Shown here in pieces: positions 22,138 to 24,000 of a stretch of 24,000 nt of DNA (positions are counted from its first letter, which is position 1; every line of letters begins with the position of its first letter). The notes beneath the pieces are model-generated. The model searched no databases, was not told where the DNA came from, and saw nothing but the letters and a program-made list of their open reading frames with translations. Source of the DNA: Jiangella sp. DSM 45060 (lineage in GTDB: Bacteria > Actinomycetota > Actinomycetes > Jiangellales > Jiangellaceae); NCBI RefSeq assembly GCF_900105175.1, contig NZ_LT629771.1, positions 5,700,622-5,724,621 of the forward strand, written 5' to 3'. Both the position numbers and the translations under genes were made by a program.

Positions 22138-22877
22138 GCGGTCCTCCTCGCGGCAGCGACGTCATCGTCCGCCGCGGCCGGCCCGGCGGCCGCCAAGGCC
22201 TGTCCGAGCGGATCGTGGTTGTAGCCGGCCAGCCGCCGCGCGAGCGTCGCCCCGTCCGGCCCGACCAGGACGGACAGCTCGGTCACCGAGCAGTTGCCGG
22301 GCGGCTCGAGCAGGGCGTGGCCGCCGGCCGGCAACCCCATGGCCGCGGCGACGGCGACCCGGATCGGCCCGCCGTGGGTGAAGACCAACGCGACCGGCTC
22401 GGCGGCGAGCCGACCGGCCAGCTCCCGCAGCGCAGCGTCGACCCGGGCGGTCAGTTGGGCGAACGTCTCGCCGCCGCCGCGCGGGAGGTCCTCGCCGCGG
22501 CGGATCGCGGCGATCTGCTCGGGGTACGCGGCCGCCACCTCGGCGGTGGTGCGGCCGCTCCACTCGCCGTTGTCGATCTCGCGCAGCCGCGGGTCGGTGA
22601 CGACGGCGGACGGAGCGAGGTCCAGGTAGGCGGCGGCGGTCTCGGTGACCCGCGGGAGGTCGCTGACAGCGACGGCGCCGACCCGCGGGTGGTGGTCGCG
22701 CAGCCACCGCGCGACCGTCGCCGCCTGGTCGCGGCCGCGGCCGGACAGTCCCGGCCCGAGCTGCCCCTGGATGCGGCCCTCCGCGTTCCACGTCGATTCG
22801 CCATGCCGGATCAGCACCAGACGCACCCGGCGGGCGCCGTCCACCGCCGGCTCGTCGACCTGCCATCTCGCGTTCAC
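22134..22877 (-). CDS. histidine phosphatase family protein (phosphoglycerate-mutase-like)
   Basis: Same frame as track ORF 22134..23159. The start is placed at the GTG at 22877 (VNARWQVDEPAVDGARRVRLVLIRHGESTWN). It has the RHG catalytic motif and a second His in FTHGGPIR. The upstream part of the track ORF is low-complexity and overlaps the divergent gene. Confidence 0.82.
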   Translation of the reverse strand: MNARWQVDEPAVDGARRVRLVLIRHGESTWNAEGRIQGQLGPGLSGRGRDQAATVARWLRDHHPRVGAVAVSDLPRVTETAAAYLDLAPSAVVTDPRLREIDNGEWSGRTTAEVAAAYPEQIAAIRRGEDLPRGGGETFAQLTARVDAALRELAGRLAAEPVALVFTHGGPIRVAVAAAMGLPAGGHALLEPPGNCSVTELSVLVGPDGATLARRLAGYNHDPLGQALAAAGPAAADDDVAAARRTA

Positions 22878-22907
22878 CGGCTCAGGGTCGGGCACCCCGC
22901 CACGGCC

Positions 22908-22944
22908 GGGCAACGCGGTTCCGCCCTGTGCAACCGCGTTGCCC
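22908..22944. promoter_or_regulatory. perfect 13-bp inverted repeat in a divergent intergenic region (candidate operator)
   Basis: GGGCAACGCGGTT (22908-22920), an 11-nt spacer, then AACCGCGTTGCCC (22932-22944). It lies between the histidine-phosphatase operon start (22877, -) and the LTD gene start (23002, +), so it is not positioned as a terminator. Confidence 0.45.
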
Positions 22945-23001
22945 CGGCGGCCCACTGAGCAGCAGGGTGGCCGGCGCCGGACCACACGAGAGGTGACCAG
23001 C

Positions 23002-24000
23002 ATGCTGCGTTCCACCCGCCGAGCGGCGGCCCTGCTCACCGCGGCGATCCTCGCCGCCAGCGCGGGCGTGGCCACGCCCGCGGCGGGGAGCGCCCGCCCG
23101 GACGTCCTCGTCAGCGAGGTCGCCGCCGGCGGCCCGGGCGGCGCCGACGACGCCTTCATCGAGCTGACGAATTACGGCGACGCGCCCGCCGACCTCGACG
23201 CCTGGCGCGTCTACCACTGCGGCGCCAGCGGCAGCCGCGGCGCCAGCCCGCTGGTGCCGGCGCTGGCGGGGGTGACGTTGGCGCCCGGCGAGACGTTCCT
23301 GCTGGCGCACCGCTCGTCCAGCCTGGCCGCGACGGCGGACGCGGTGTTCGGCACGTCGCTGGCCGACGACGCGATGGGCGTGTGGCTGGAGGACGGCGAC
23401 GCCCGGCTGGTCGACCGGATCGCCGTGTCACCGGCGTCGCGCGACAGCATCTGCGGCCCGCCGGTGCCGAGCACGCTGGACTTCGCCCGCGGCCAGTCCT
23501 ACCAGCGGGTCGGCGCGACCGGCGACGTGGGCGCCGACTTCGTCCGGGCCGCGCGCACGCCGAGCGCCGCCAACGCCGAGCGGCCGGACCCCGGCGTCCA
23601 GCGCGGCGACGTGCTGGTCGGCGAGCTGGCGAACGGCGGCCCGGGCGGCGACGCCGACGAGTTCGTGGCGCTGGAGAACACCGGCGCCGAGCCGGTGGAC
23701 GTCGGCGGCTGGCGGCTCTCGGTGTGCACGACGCTCGGGGCGCGGCAGACCGCGGGGCTGCTCGCGCAGGTCCCGGCCGGGACGACGCTGCCGCCCGGCG
23801 AGCGGCTGCTGGTGGCGCACGAGTCCGCGCAGGTGCAGGAAGACGGCGCCGTCGTGCGCTACCCGGACCCGGCGCTGGCCGAGGACGGTTTCGGTGTGCT
23901 GGTGGAGGACGCCGCGGGCACCGTGGTCGACGCCGTCGGCGTGTACGAGTCCGACGCCGTCCACGAGCCCGCCGTCGACAGCGCCTGCACGCAGGGGACG
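23002..24000 (+). CDS. secreted protein with tandem lamin-tail (LTD) domains, N-terminal 333 aa (runs off the right edge)
   Basis: My own translation from the ATG at 23002 (GAGAGG upstream) stays open to the window end. It reads MLRSTRRAAALLTAAILAASAGVATPAAG (signal peptide). Two LTD-like modules follow, beginning VLVSEVAAGGPGGADDAFIELTNYGDAPADLDAWRV and VLVGELANGGPGGDADEFVALENTGAEPVDVGGWRL. It is not in the ORF track because it has no stop. Confidence 0.8.
   Translation, partial: MLRSTRRAAALLTAAILAASAGVATPAAGSARPDVLVSEVAAGGPGGADDAFIELTNYGDAPADLDAWRVYHCGASGSRGASPLVPALAGVTLAPGETFLLAHRSSSLAATADAVFGTSLADDAMGVWLEDGDARLVDRIAVSPASRDSICGPPVPSTLDFARGQSYQRVGATGDVGADFVRAARTPSAANAERPDPGVQRGDVLVGELANGGPGGDADEFVALENTGAEPVDVGGWRLSVCTTLGARQTAGLLAQVPAGTTLPPGERLLVAHESAQVQEDGAVVRYPDPALAEDGFGVLVEDAAGTVVDAVGVYESDAVHEPAVDSACTQGT

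Noticed and set aside
1-24000. Mobile elements, prophage or defence genes, tRNA/rRNA, or a biosynthetic (PKS/NRPS/RiPP) cluster.
   Set aside because: No integrase, transposase, recombinase, nuclease-helicase defence signature, cloverleaf-like tRNA sequence or biosynthetic megasynthase-like ORF was seen on either strand. The only repeat family is the short hairpin element reported above.

Overview
High-GC, actinobacterial-type chromosomal segment that is densely coding, with about 20 supportable genes. No rRNA, tRNA, CRISPR array or transposase was seen.

Gene content, left to right:
- A partial secreted protein, a possibly decayed small gene, a DUF4328-type membrane protein and a GH78 alpha-L-rhamnosidase.
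- A 610-bp gap with no convincing gene.
- An 8-gene, translationally coupled cluster (4798-12300, + strand). Family by family it matches the uncharacterised E. coli yhfZ-yhfY-yhfX-yhfW-php-yhfU-yhfT-yhfS cluster: a YhfZ-type regulator, a stand-alone PRD protein, DUF2620, a YhfT membrane protein, a phosphotriesterase-homology protein, two PLP enzymes and a phosphopentomutase-like metalloenzyme.
- Converging on that cluster, an IclR regulator gene whose stop overlaps the first gene of a dppBCDF-like ABC permease/ATPase operon.
- Diverging from that operon across a low-GC, highly symmetric promoter region, two proteins of unknown function (about 320 and 111 aa), followed by a LacI regulator.
- A converging operon of a histidine phosphatase, an EEP-family phosphoesterase and a family-5 lipoprotein solute-binding protein.
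- A secreted protein with tandem lamin-tail domains that runs off the right edge.

Most notable observations:
1. The orphan yhf-like pathway sits in an actinobacterial context next to a split ABC importer.
2. A roughly 70-bp hairpin-forming repeat is present as two identical copies plus one deletion derivative, all in frame inside the EEP gene. A diverged, inverted copy lies in the 4.2-kb intergenic region.
3. The unknown two-gene module is bracketed by IclR and LacI regulators.
4. The DUF2620 protein carries an RpiB-like C-x-T-G-x-G-x-S motif.

All functional calls come from reading motifs and from recalled family knowledge. No database search was run.
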